From: Candidatus Poribacteria bacterium
GTDB lineage: Bacteria > Poribacteria > WGA-4E > WGA-3G
Direction of reading: 5' to 3'
Assembly: GCA_965242965.1 (NCBI GenBank)
Contig: OZ251518.1
Span: forward strand, 4,224,001 to 4,288,000
Length of the DNA: 64,000 nt
Both the position numbers and the translations under genes were made by a program. Below are positions 16,794 to 27,169 of the stretch, in pieces. Each line of letters starts with the position of its first letter. Position 1 is the first letter of the stretch. Under the pieces are notes generated by a model. It was not told where the DNA came from. It saw nothing but the letters and a program-made list of their open reading frames with translations, and ran no database searches.

Positions 16794-18377
16794 TCACTTC
16801 ATAATGAGCATTTTGCCCGTGGCAGCGAAGTCTCCAGCGGTGAGGGTATAGAAATACACCCCACTTGCAACGCGTTCGCCTACCTCGTTTCTGCCATCCC
16901 AATATGCAGCACGACTCCGACTCTGATAGAAACCAGCCGCCTGATGCCCCAACGCCAACGTCCGAACCACCGTCCCATCGACGGTATAGATTGTCAGTGT
17001 CACCTCTGCTGGTTCGGCGAGGTGATACGGTATCCACGTCTCCGGATTAAACGGATTCGGATAATTGGCAAGCAGGACTGTCTCTTTCGGCTGTGCTTCG
17101 ACGCGCGTTAATGCCGCTAAGAGCCGCTCCAATGCAGCAATCCCGGCCGGATCTGCGTTCGCTGCCTTTGCATCGCGGAGCCACCGTTGCACATCTGCTG
17201 CTTGTAGGCTTCCGGTCTTGATGGCTGCCTGTGTTAATGCAGGCGCAGCTGCAGCATCCACCGCCTTTATCACGGCGAGGATGTCATCAACATCAACCTT
17301 CCCATCGTTATTGACATCCGCCCTCCGGTTTGCACCGCCACCGACAGTTTTCCCATAGTTTTTGGCCACCTCCACCAGATCGTTCACGTTGACTTTACCA
17401 TTCCCTGTCACATCCACCGTGAGTAACCGATACAAACGGATGGTTTTCTGACTATCAACTGCGAGAATCTGCCCATTCGGCGAAAACAAGGGAGCGGGCA
17501 CGTGGCTGTATCCCGTGAGCGTGGCTTTGCGGGCACCCGTGTTCGGATCCCAGAGGCGGATGGTGTGGTCATTACTCCCACTCGCCAGCGTCTGGCCGTT
17601 CGGATGGAACGCTAACGAAGAAACATAATGCGTATGCCCCCGCAGCACGCGCAGGGTGCCGTGCGTATCGGGATTCCATAGGCGGACGGTGTAGTCAGTA
17701 CTCCCGCTCGCGAGGATGCGGCCATCCGGACTCCACGCCACGCTGGTTACCCCAGCCGTATGCCCGCGCAGCACGGCGAAGTTGATACCGTTGTTCGGAT
17801 TCCACAACCGCACCGTGCCATCAACACTCGCACTCGCCAGCGTCCTACCATCCGGACTCCACGCCACGCTGATTACCCAATTCGTATGCCCCCGCAGCGT
17901 GCGCACATGATGTCGGTTGTTATTACCCACATTCCAGATGCGGATGGTGTTGTCATAACTCCCACTCGCCAGCAGATAACTGTTTGGCTTGAAGGCAAGG
18001 CTGGTGACTCTCCCTGTATGCCCCTCCACTTTGCCGCGCCAATCGCCATCCTCGCTATAGCGCATCCGAATGTCGTGATTCAGAGTCCCACCATAGGCGA
18101 TGAAGTGAGAGTCATGCGAGGGCAGCGCAATGGCGGCGACATTATTGCCGACATCCTGGCTCCAGCGTTGTCTGCCGGTGGTGACATCCCAGGCGCGGAG
18201 GGTGTCGTCTCTACTCCCACTGATAAGCGTCCCGTTATCCTTGAAGGCTATTTTCCAGACACCTTCCGTGTGTCCTGTCAAGGTATTGGTGTGGACGTAT
18301 TGTTGCGCGTTAGCGGTCGTCAGTGCCATCGCTGCTGTCAACACCAGCGTTAAGGTTAAAACCATTAATCTTTTCAT
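16794..18377 (-). CDS. Secreted WD40 beta-propeller + dockerin-like + FlgD/Ig C-terminal domain
   Basis: Signal peptide; ~7 GH..V.S.AFSPDG..LASGS.D.T.RLW repeats; DVNNDGKVDVDD; LLANYPNPFNPETWIPY...WDGRN..GE.VASGVYFY. Confidence 0.92.
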   Translation of the reverse strand: MKRLMVLTLTLVLTAAMALTTANAQQYVHTNTLTGHTEGVWKIAFKDNGTLISGSRDDTLRAWDVTTGRQRWSQDVGNNVAAIALPSHDSHFIAYGGTLNHDIRMRYSEDGDWRGKVEGHTGRVTSLAFKPNSYLLASGSYDNTIRIWNVGNNNRHHVRTLRGHTNWVISVAWSPDGRTLASASVDGTVRLWNPNNGINFAVLRGHTAGVTSVAWSPDGRILASGSTDYTVRLWNPDTHGTLRVLRGHTHYVSSLAFHPNGQTLASGSNDHTIRLWDPNTGARKATLTGYSHVPAPLFSPNGQILAVDSQKTIRLYRLLTVDVTGNGKVNVNDLVEVAKNYGKTVGGGANRRADVNNDGKVDVDDILAVIKAVDAAAAPALTQAAIKTGSLQAADVQRWLRDAKAANADPAGIAALERLLAALTRVEAQPKETVLLANYPNPFNPETWIPYHLAEPAEVTLTIYTVDGTVVRTLALGHQAAGFYQSRSRAAYWDGRNEVGERVASGVYFYTLTAGDFAATGKMLIMK

Positions 18378-18761
18378 GATAGATTTCTCCTTGTTGTTAT
18401 CGGGACCGGGAGGTCCCTCCTACTGAAGAGAGTGGATATGAACATCCACCCTCATTCGGATTTCGATGCAAGGCGAGGGACCAGTTTCCCTCGCCTTACG
18501 GTAACTAATCGGTAGGCGCGGTTTGCAGCCGCGCTTTCCGAGGTGTGTGGACAGGCACGGTGCCCGTTCATCTTCGTCTGTCTGAATCGCGGATTTACGG
18601 GATTTCAGGATGAGGGTTTCTTGTTGAGGGATCCCCTCTTTCCCGGTAGGCGCAACCTCCCGGTCGCGATGCCCATCCAACCTGTTCGTGCATCCGAGTG
18701 TAATGGCGGATGGCGTTCCTACCCGCCCATCTGTCTCGTTCAGACAAGAAACACCGGCTAC

Positions 18762-19133
18762 CTATGCGTCAGCATCCTCATCGTCATAGGCTTTCCCGGC
18801 AGCACTGATCTCATCCTCATAATACGCTGCGAGCTGCTTGCGCACACGGTCGCACCGCTTGAGCCATCCCCTAAGATAGTGCTGATATTTCTCAGGATTT
18901 TTCCGCGCGAGCCGCCGATAGTGTTGCCGCTTTTCTGCATCGTAGCGGTCGATCAGTTCGTTATCAAAACCCACAACCTGCGTCTCAACCGTGTTTTCGG
19001 AGAAAAACCGTGCAACAGCAGCCCGCGTCTGGGGACTCCACACCCCGTCAACAGTCGCCCCGACGATCCGCTGGATTATCCGCGTGGCAGCGGTACCGGC
19101 GTTCGTTGCAAAGTCGCCGTGGATGTTTCGCTG
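18762..19133 (-). pseudogene. N-terminally truncated glycoside hydrolase 108 / peptidoglycan-binding protein
   Basis: Frame reads HGDFATNAG..ATRIIQRIVGATVDGVWSPQT...RQHYRRLARKNPEKYQHYLRGWLKR; in-frame TAA at 19134-19136 immediately upstream; catalytic EGG segment not found. Confidence 0.65.
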
Positions 19134-19409
19134 TTATTCTTCATTCGCGCCTCATCGTTTCAGAGGTGTGTCCGGTGCGTTTGCACCGTCGTGCGAGGCG
19201 TACGTCGCCTCGGTCCTTCAGGAGCGTTGTGTGTTCGCGTCTCCGGAAGGTGTCGGTACCGGTCGCCGCGTTGTTTTAGCGGCGCGTGTGCCGCATTCCG
19301 GTTGGCAGGCAGTTTTGCCTGCCAACGGTTCGATTAAAAGTAGGTTTGCGATGCGTAATACCAAATTTACCTGAGTAGTTCGGGATCAGGCGATCGCAAT
19401 CTACAAAAA

Positions 19410-21527
19410 TTATCCGCTGCTGGCATCCTCCTCTTCCGGCAGATCCTGAGAGGTCCGGTAATTGTGAGCTTCAATGCCCAGTTGCTGGAAGTTATTTGCC
19501 GTTTTGACAATCGCCATCGCTTTTCGGCGTTCGTCCTCTGAGACAAAGTCAACTAGTTCCTCCGCGCGTTGAATCATCTCAGCTACAAAAGGAGGCGGAG
19601 TCAACTGGGTTACAGTTCCTGTTTCCGGATCTAGTTCCTCCAGCAATGTCTCCTGGGCTGCGCTTTGTGCCTCTGGCGTTAGCGCAATGATAAGCATCGC
19701 ATCAGTCTCCGTGGAATCGGCCAAGAATTCGGATCCCTCTAAAGTCCTCACATCAGCACCGGCTGAATCAATCGATTCTTGAGTCTCACTTAACGCGGCG
19801 GTTATCTCATCGGCATCAAGTGCAACTTCACCTGCTGCACTAGCGGCACTAGCGATTTCGCCGAGGTCGCTTAGGAGATCAATAAGACCTGCCCCGGGTA
19901 TTAAAGCCAATGCCACCCCAATCCCTTTCCTGACCAGGCGCCGCCGTGCCTTGCGCTGGACTTCGTCGCGGAAGTTGCTATATTCCTGGACGGTTTCCTC
20001 GTAGTTCTCGCGTAGACCCTGGTAGTTCTGCTCAAGGCCTTGGTAATGTCCGACCAGCCGCTTGGAACGATTGGACTCACTCCGAAGTGCGGCACCGCAA
20101 ACTTGTAGTGATACCTCACAGAGATAGAGCCCCCAGAGAGCCGCTTGGTTACTCTGAGTTACCTCGTCTAAATTGGTTTCAAGGTTCGCACAGCGTTGGT
20201 ATTCCTGAGCCAGTTGGGTTTCTAGCGTTTCGCGATGCTGTCGGACTTGCCCAAGTTCGTTTTCCAAGGTCTCGCTGCGCTGGCGTTCCTGCGAAAGTTC
20301 GTTTTCCAAGGTTGCGCATTGCTCGCGCGCCTCCGCAAGATCGCTTTCCAAACTTTCACACCGCTGGCGTTCCTGCGAAAGTTGGCTTTCTAGCGTTAAG
20401 CACCATTCGCGTACTTGCGCAAGTTCGGTTTCCAAATTCCCGTACTGTTCAAGTGCTTGTGTGAGTTCGCTTTCCAATTCTGCGCATCGCTCACGTGCCT
20501 GTGCCAATTCGCTGGAGATACGCGCGTTGAGTTGATTGGCCTCCTCCAGGGCCTGGACATGACGTGCAATCTCCCCGTTAGCGTGATTCAAGTCACTTTC
20601 CAAGGTTGCGTTCGCTCGTTCAAGTTCCACGTGCCGCGCGTGTGCCTGTGACAAGTTGCTTTCCAGGGTCGCGTTCGTCTGCTCCAATGTTGCGATTTGG
20701 GTATTCGCGTGTTCCAAACCGCTTTCCAAAGTTGCGTTATTCCGTTGGAGTTCGACATTCCGCGCGTTTGACTGCGACAAATCGGTGTCTAAGGTTGCGT
20801 TTCTCTGTTCCAGGTCTGCACAACGCGTGTTCGCGCGATTCAAGTCGCTTGTAAGATTCACGTTGGTTTGCTCAAGTTCAACGTTGCGCGTGCTTGTCTG
20901 CGCCAAATCACTTTCCAGGTTCGCGTTCGCCTGTTCCAGCCCCGCAATTTGGGTATTCGCGTGTGCCAAACCGCTGTCTAAGGTGGCGTTAGTTTGTTCG
21001 AGTTCAACATGCCGCGCGTGTGCCTGCGTCAAGCTGCTTTCCAAGTTCGCGTTCGTCTGTTCAAACTCTGCACAACGCGTGTTCGCGTGATTCAAGTCGC
21101 TTGTAAGATTCGCGTTGGTTTGTTCAAGTTCAACATGCCGCGCGTGTGCTTGCGTCAAGTTGCTTTCCAGGGTCGCGTTCGTCTGTCCCAGTTCGGCGAT
21201 TTGGGTATTCGCGTCTGCCAAACCGCTGTCTAAGGTTGCGTTATTCCGTTCAAGTGCCACGTTCCGCGTGTTTGCCGCCGACAAATCGCCGTCTAAAGTG
21301 GTGTTCCTCTGTTCCAGATCCGCGTTCTGTGTATTCACCAGCGACAAGTTGCTCGTTAAACTCGCGTTCGTCTGCCTGAGTTCCTCCAATTCTCCAGAGA
21401 GACGTTCATTGCGGGTAGCGGCATGAGAGAGGTTATTGGTGAGGTCATTCTTCTTTGAGAATAACCATGCTCCCACTCCCACACAAATAATGAGTCCTAT
21501 GAGAAGCACGATAGTTACGGGATCCAT
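19410..21527 (-). CDS. Membrane-anchored long coiled-coil repeat protein
   Basis: GGAGG RBS; N-terminal TM helix; 21-aa repeats (LEQTNATLESNLTQAHARHVE) then 14-aa repeats (LESQLSQERQRCES); hydrophobic GIGVALALIPGAGL segment near the C-terminus. Confidence 0.88.
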   Translation of the reverse strand: MDPVTIVLLIGLIICVGVGAWLFSKKNDLTNNLSHAATRNERLSGELEELRQTNASLTSNLSLVNTQNADLEQRNTTLDGDLSAANTRNVALERNNATLDSGLADANTQIAELGQTNATLESNLTQAHARHVELEQTNANLTSDLNHANTRCAEFEQTNANLESSLTQAHARHVELEQTNATLDSGLAHANTQIAGLEQANANLESDLAQTSTRNVELEQTNVNLTSDLNRANTRCADLEQRNATLDTDLSQSNARNVELQRNNATLESGLEHANTQIATLEQTNATLESNLSQAHARHVELERANATLESDLNHANGEIARHVQALEEANQLNARISSELAQARERCAELESELTQALEQYGNLETELAQVREWCLTLESQLSQERQRCESLESDLAEAREQCATLENELSQERQRSETLENELGQVRQHRETLETQLAQEYQRCANLETNLDEVTQSNQAALWGLYLCEVSLQVCGAALRSESNRSKRLVGHYQGLEQNYQGLRENYEETVQEYSNFRDEVQRKARRRLVRKGIGVALALIPGAGLIDLLSDLGEIASAASAAGEVALDADEITAALSETQESIDSAGADVRTLEGSEFLADSTETDAMLIIALTPEAQSAAQETLLEELDPETGTVTQLTPPPFVAEMIQRAEELVDFVSEDERRKAMAIVKTANNFQQLGIEAHNYRTSQDLPEEEDASSG

Positions 21528-22199
21528 TTTCAGCCTCCTCACTTCTGCGTGGCCGGGATTGTTTTGCGTGCCCAACTGTCAGAAGTGTGAAACGGTACCG
21601 GATTAAAAACACCTGCCAACGTCCAGTCACTTTCGCGTTCGTCATCGATGCTTCTCCGTTTACCAACCCTATCAGCGTTTTTTGCTGCAGACGCGCGGCG
21701 GACGCGCGCGACCGCGCCTCGCCGAGGCAAAAAACGCGCAGAAGTATCCAACGAAAACAAGGGATAACAAACAGAGGAGGTGAAAACGGAAGCGAGTGCA
21801 ACCAGAAATCTGGCAGGGAAAACATGCACCGGGGAAGGAATCCCGATGCAACGAAAATAACCCGCCACGCAAAGAATGCGTGCGGGATTGAAGACAGCAT
21901 GACGACGAAAGTCGCCGCTGTTAAGTGAATAAACTTTGCTTAACGCCTGTGGGTGTCGGGGGGGGTCGAGCCTCCCCTCTGGGCATTAAGCCGAACGGGA
22001 ACTCGTGACGGCGCGACAAACGGGCCAGACGCGCACCGGATGTGCGGCATCTCGCGGGGCCCGGGCAGGTCTACGGCGACCTTTTTCGCAATGGAAGAAT
22101 CAATTCGCTGGTTCACGGTATCGTTCCTTGTTCAGCAAGTTTGCGGATTTCAGTCTCATGGTGGCGCGTTTTTTCGCGTGCATCACCACGTTGGCATTA

Positions 22200-22300
22200 A
22201 TGATACACAAAAACGTGGGAAATGTCAAACATTTTTCGCGAAAAATCGTGGAAATGTTCACAATTCACCACATTCTAGATGAATTTCGGTTTTTTGTCAA
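22200..22300 (-). promoter_or_regulatory. Tandem sigma70-type promoters
   Basis: Minus strand TTGACA(22300-22295)-17-TAGAAT and TTGACA(22228-22223)-17-TATCAT. Confidence 0.7.
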
Positions 22301-22433
22301 CGTTTTTCTACGAAAAATCGTGAAATCGGTCGAATTCGCGCGAAAAATCGCCAAAAATGTTTAAAACTGATTTTATTTTTGCAAATGTCGCGTTTTTTGT
22401 CAAGGTTATTTCGCGAAAAAACGCTGCTGCTAC

Positions 22434-22605
22434 CGTAGCGCGGGGGCCTGTCCCCCGCGATCTCTCCGCCGAAACGAGAAACGTCCGCAGCCCAGAGGCC
22501 ACGGACGTTTGCTGTTAAGACCGGCGCGTGGCGAGGGACAGGCCCTCGCCCTACGGTGGCAGGAGAATTTTGGCATGGCGAGGGACAGGCCCTCGCCCTA
22601 CGGTG
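22434..22605. repeat. REP cluster
   Basis: One GTAGCGCGGGGG.. copy and two GGCGAGGGACAGGCCCTCGCCCTAC copies. Confidence 0.8.
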
Positions 22606-22656
22606 GAACAGGCGCAAACTCCTTCCGCGCCTTCCGGATAGCGGTGAAAACGCAAA

Positions 22657-24672
22657 TTATTCTTCCGCTTCCTTCTCCACGTCTTCACCTTCGGGTGGCA
22701 TCATGCCGTTTTCCTCATCGGCCGCTTTAATCGTAATCTCTGTCTCTTTAAAGCCGAACACGACAAAGCCGTCAATGACGAGTTCGGAGTCTACACTCGG
22801 TGGCGGCTCAAACTCGCCTGGAAAGGGGAATGCACCCGGCGGCGGGAAATCTTCCAGTCCCGGCAGTTCTTCCGGCGGTGGTGGCAACTCTTCCGGCGGT
22901 TCACCATTTTCCGGTAGTTCACCCATTTCAGGGAAATCTTCTGGCCCCGGAAAATCGCCGCCGAAGCCTGTTGATGTCAGGGTTACCGTAATCAATCCCG
23001 GGTCTACCTGATCTTCCCGTTTTTGTTGGATCAGTTCGTCCAGAGTCTTGGGAACCGGTCTCTCCTCGTCTTCGTCGTCAAATCCAAAGTCCACAATTAA
23101 TCCGGGCGGCGGCGGACCAAATTCACCAAAGAAATCTGAGCCGCCTGAGACGACGAGACTTGCTTCGCCTCCCGGAAAATCTTCAGGGATTTCAAGGAGA
23201 ATTTCTCTCTCAATCGTGCGTCCGTTTTTGGCGGTGCTCCAATGCGGGACGAGCGTAATTGTGACAGGGAGCGTTTCTCCCGGCATCACTTCTGTCGGCG
23301 TGTTCACTTCGTCAATCTCTGCAGAAGCAATTTGCGGTTTATCCGTGATAGCGATTGATACCGCTTTCAACGTGGCTTTGCCCGCGCTGTTTTGGAGCCG
23401 CTGGGTGAAGGATTGAACGATGAAATCCGTAGTAATTAGCACATCAAAAAACGGATTCGGCGATGTGCTGCGGAACGGTTCTGAATAAACTTCTTCCGTC
23501 TCTTTAAAGTGAAGTGTCACGGAGCCTTCCACTGTTCCCGGACTAGTCTCCATCCGAAGTGCGTCCATGGTAACCGCGGCAACGACTGGGATAAACGACT
23601 CATAGCCGTAAGCAACGACGTGGTGTTTCTCCATCACCGTGTTGTTAGCAGGATGATAGGAGACGGTTACCGGAATCATTGCCGGGGCTGAACCGAGTTC
23701 CCCCACAATACACGGCAAGAGATCTTTGGTTACCGTGCCGATAGGGTTGCCAATCGCGTATGACGATTTATACGGCAGGTGTAAATTGGGGACGATTCCA
23801 TCAACGGCTGCCTTGTAGACAGGCAATGCGGCTTGCCCTCTGTTGGACATGGGGTGGCCAAATGCGACAAATTTGTCGTCGTAAACTTGCGCCACGGTCC
23901 CGAACGCGATCGAATTAACGACATCGCCGGTAGATACAGCGACACCAATCATATCCCCTGCGGCGAGTTTGGGAGAATTCCCTGCCGCGGGTGCCGCTGG
24001 CGCGCCGCCAATATGCGCATACAATTCAACAAAATTGAATTGCGAGGCAGAGAGATGGGACGCGAGCTCTTGGATTCGGTGCGGTTGAATGCCTGTAATC
24101 ATCATCGGCGTTTTCACCGGCGCATAGGTAGCATGAATACCCGGCGCGGCAGGGTTGTCCGGTTGTTCCAAGAACTCACCGAACGTCGGATGTGCAATGG
24201 CTGCTTTCATCGCGTCAATAGGCGTTACCCAGAACCGATACGGTGGTTTATCAAAAATACCGCCATAACCCAGCGCGCCCATGACGCGGCCTGGCGGGCC
24301 AACAGGACTCCCAGACATTCCTTGTGCAATGCCGCCTAAAGCCTCCGCCGAAGCATCGATGTATTCACATTCGTAGACAGGGAAGCCGAAACTAGAAACT
24401 CGAACCCCGCGGAACCGGACTTGAAGTTTCACTTTACTCGTGCCTTCCAGCACGGTAATCATTTCTAGCGGCGTTTTCACGGAGAGGGCTCTCACTTCAG
24501 CCTCGGACATATCCTCTAGTTGCACATCGCCGACAAACGGCGCGGCGTTAAACGCATCCGTGACATCGGCGGCCGTCGGATTTTCTGGCTGCGCTAACTC
24601 CTCATCTTGCGAACAGCTCAATTGAAATAGCATTGCGAGAGCAATGCCTGCCAACACAAAAAGACGTTTCAC
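22657..24672 (-). CDS. Lipoprotein with SpoIVB/peptidase S55 domain
   Basis: Lipobox-like LFQLSC; GIAQGMSGSPV and FVAFGHPM motifs; acidic/Pro-rich tail. Confidence 0.85.
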   Translation of the reverse strand: MKRLFVLAGIALAMLFQLSCSQDEELAQPENPTAADVTDAFNAAPFVGDVQLEDMSEAEVRALSVKTPLEMITVLEGTSKVKLQVRFRGVRVSSFGFPVYECEYIDASAEALGGIAQGMSGSPVGPPGRVMGALGYGGIFDKPPYRFWVTPIDAMKAAIAHPTFGEFLEQPDNPAAPGIHATYAPVKTPMMITGIQPHRIQELASHLSASQFNFVELYAHIGGAPAAPAAGNSPKLAAGDMIGVAVSTGDVVNSIAFGTVAQVYDDKFVAFGHPMSNRGQAALPVYKAAVDGIVPNLHLPYKSSYAIGNPIGTVTKDLLPCIVGELGSAPAMIPVTVSYHPANNTVMEKHHVVAYGYESFIPVVAAVTMDALRMETSPGTVEGSVTLHFKETEEVYSEPFRSTSPNPFFDVLITTDFIVQSFTQRLQNSAGKATLKAVSIAITDKPQIASAEIDEVNTPTEVMPGETLPVTITLVPHWSTAKNGRTIEREILLEIPEDFPGGEASLVVSGGSDFFGEFGPPPPGLIVDFGFDDEDEERPVPKTLDELIQQKREDQVDPGLITVTLTSTGFGGDFPGPEDFPEMGELPENGEPPEELPPPPEELPGLEDFPPPGAFPFPGEFEPPPSVDSELVIDGFVVFGFKETEITIKAADEENGMMPPEGEDVEKEAEE

Positions 24673-25113
24673 TTTTATTCCTCCGAAAACAGAGTTTCGC
24701 GCTCTGTTTTGAGTTGTTGTCGGGCAAACTCACCGGGTTAGGGGCTTTCGCTCAACAAAGATTGAATTCGTATCATATCATAGTGGTTAGTAAACTTTAT
24801 TTGAGTTCTTCTTCAGAATCATTTTCGTTCATTCCGTGTTTTTGTGAGTGTTTTTCGCAAAGAAACAAGAAACGCCTATTAAATCCTACAGACCTTAGTC
24901 ATCTTCGCGCCACGGCGCGCTGACATTAAGGGCTTACAGCCCTAAAGAGGTGTTTTATCAACATGCATCGAGACCAGGAGGTCTCTCCTACCTAAAAGAG
25001 ACGTTTCGGCGCGATACCCTCCTAATCCTGAAAATCGTGATAATCTTGTAAATCCTGCTCATCTTTTGGCACGGCGAAGGACAGGTTTTCCCAACGCACT
25101 ACGGGGAAAATGG

Positions 25114-25144
25114 AAAAGGGCGGATGGTTAATGACATCCGCCCT
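25114..25144 (-). terminator. Intrinsic terminator after the 25152-27026 SpoIVB paralogue
   Basis: AGGGCGGATG/CATCCGCCCT stem followed by TTTT on the minus strand. Confidence 0.6.
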
Positions 25145-25151
25145 GACACAT

Positions 25152-27026
25152 TTATTCGCCATCCGCTGCCGGTAATATCATGATAGACGCGCTTTGCGTG
25201 CCAGCCACGATAAAGCCATCAATCACGAGTTCAGCCCCGACATCCGGCCGTTCCTCAATATCGGCGGCCGGCGGCGGTGATAGCACTTCTGGTGGCGGAG
25301 CACCTTCAAGCTGCCCCAACGGCGGGCCCTCGCCAAAACCTGTCGGCACCAGCGTCACCGTGATTAACCCCGGGTCGACTTGCTCCGCCAGTTTCTGCTC
25401 AATGAGCTCGTCCAAATTCTTTGGATTTGGAATCCCCGGGACAAAGCCGGGAATCGCGCCCTGAGGCGGCGGGCCTTGTGCTGCATCTTGAGGCGGAATA
25501 CTACCGAACGCGGCAGCAGCAACTGTGACGGTTGCTTCGCCAGGAGGAAACGCCTCGGGAACTTCAAACTGCACCTCCCGCTGTATCATCCGGCCATCCT
25601 CAGGCGCAACACTCCAATGCGGCAGCAGGACTACCGTGGCGTTGACACTCTCACCGGCAGTGATTTCGTCGGGAACAATAATCTCGTCGATCAAGGCGCG
25701 GACAATCCGTGGGCTGTCCGTAACAGTAATCGACACGGATTTCAGTGTCGCCTTGCCAACGTTATTGGTGAGCAGATCCGTGAAGGACGCGACGATGGCG
25801 TTCACCGTGTTTACCACATCCATAAATGGAGTGGCAGACGCAATCCGAAACGACTCGGTATAGACGCTGTCAGTCTCTTTAAAGGCAAGCGTTACAGTGC
25901 CTTCCGTTGAGCCGGAGCTGCGTTCCATCCGGAGCGAGTCAACGGTAGTCGCCACAGTAATTGCAATGAGTTGTTCGTAGCCGTAGGAGACAGCGTGATG
26001 TCTCTCTACCGCATTGTTGTTGACAGGCTGATAGACAATCGTTACGGGAATGGTTTCCGGCACGGGACCCAGTTCGCCGACAATCGCCGGCGTGAGGTCC
26101 TTCGTAATTGTGCCGATGGGGTTGCCGATGGCGTATGACGATTTCGACGATGACTGCAGGCTCGTCTCGATGCCCCGAACACCTGCCTTGTAAACAGGGA
26201 GTGCCGCGGACCCCGTGGAAGACATCGGGTGCCCGAACGCGACGAATTTATCGTCGTAAACCTGCGTGACGGTGCCGAAGCCCATGGTGTTTGCGACATC
26301 GCCCGTGACGAGTGCAACGCCGATCATATCGCCTGCGGAAAGGTTCGGTGAGAAACCAGCAGGGGGTGCGGCGGGCGCGCCATCAAAGGTTGCATGGAAT
26401 TCAACAAAATCGAATTCGCTGCCTTCCAGATACGCCGAGATTTCTCGGAGGCGGTGCGGTTGAATGCCGCTGATCATCACCGGTGTTTTAACCGGTGCGT
26501 AGAGGCTGTGCATCGGTGCGGCGGGGGCTTCTTCCAAGAATTCCCCGAGTGTCCGATGTTCAATCGATGCCTTCATCGCGTCAATAGGCGTTACTAAGAA
26601 CGGATAGGGTGCTTTAGAGAAGCCCTGGCCATAAGCAACCGCGCCCATGACTCGCCCTGGCGGCCCGACAGGACTGCCAGACATTCCAGCGGAGATACCG
26701 GCTAAGGCATCCGCCGAAGCATCAATGAATTCACACTCGTAGACGGGGAAGCCGAACCCGATATCTCGCAATCCGCGGAACCGCACCTGAAGTTTGACTT
26801 TGGCGGTGCCTTCCACCACGGTAATCATCTCCAAGGGGGCTTTAAACGAGAGGGCTCTCACTTCATCCTCGAACATATCTTCTAAGTGAACGTCGCCGGC
26901 GAATGGTGGCGCGCCTATCGTCGATGAGTCGGCGGCAGTCGGCGGTGTAGGTTGTTCATCCGTGGCGCAGCCGAATTGAAACAGCACCGCGAGGACAACA
27001 CTTGCAACAACAAAAAAGCGTTTCAT
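25152..27026 (-). CDS. Lipoprotein with SpoIVB/peptidase S55 domain (paralogue)
   Basis: LFQFGC lipobox-like; GISAGMSGSPV, FVAFGHPM; colinear with 22657-24672. Confidence 0.85.
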   Translation of the reverse strand: MKRFFVVASVVLAVLFQFGCATDEQPTPPTAADSSTIGAPPFAGDVHLEDMFEDEVRALSFKAPLEMITVVEGTAKVKLQVRFRGLRDIGFGFPVYECEFIDASADALAGISAGMSGSPVGPPGRVMGAVAYGQGFSKAPYPFLVTPIDAMKASIEHRTLGEFLEEAPAAPMHSLYAPVKTPVMISGIQPHRLREISAYLEGSEFDFVEFHATFDGAPAAPPAGFSPNLSAGDMIGVALVTGDVANTMGFGTVTQVYDDKFVAFGHPMSSTGSAALPVYKAGVRGIETSLQSSSKSSYAIGNPIGTITKDLTPAIVGELGPVPETIPVTIVYQPVNNNAVERHHAVSYGYEQLIAITVATTVDSLRMERSSGSTEGTVTLAFKETDSVYTESFRIASATPFMDVVNTVNAIVASFTDLLTNNVGKATLKSVSITVTDSPRIVRALIDEIIVPDEITAGESVNATVVLLPHWSVAPEDGRMIQREVQFEVPEAFPPGEATVTVAAAAFGSIPPQDAAQGPPPQGAIPGFVPGIPNPKNLDELIEQKLAEQVDPGLITVTLVPTGFGEGPPLGQLEGAPPPEVLSPPPAADIEERPDVGAELVIDGFIVAGTQSASIMILPAADGE

Positions 27027-27101
27027 TTTTTCTCCTAAATTTATAGATGTTTCTGTTTTTCTTTTGATGTGTCAAATTGACTTGACCAAAAGTGTGTATA
27101 T

Positions 27102-27130
27102 AGTATACCCACTTTTTTCACGATTGTCAA
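27102..27130 (-). promoter_or_regulatory. sigma70-type promoter
   Basis: TTGACA-17-TATACT on the minus strand, 76 bp upstream of ATG 27026. Confidence 0.7.
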
Positions 27131-27169
27131 GAAAAAGACTTTTGGTTAGAGCAATAACGCCGCCCCCTC

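Noticed and set aside
16794-18377. WD40 repeats as a diversity-generating retroelement target
   Set aside because: No reverse transcriptase or template repeat in the window, and repeat differences are not evidently adenine-specific
18543-19337. 264-aa + strand ORF
   Set aside because: Starts in repeat sequence and is antisense to the GH108-like frame, which carries the recognisable motifs
21445-21900. Hydrophobic minus-strand ORF as a type I toxin
   Set aside because: Hydrophobicity follows from a purine-rich opposite strand; no RBS; overlaps the coiled-coil gene start
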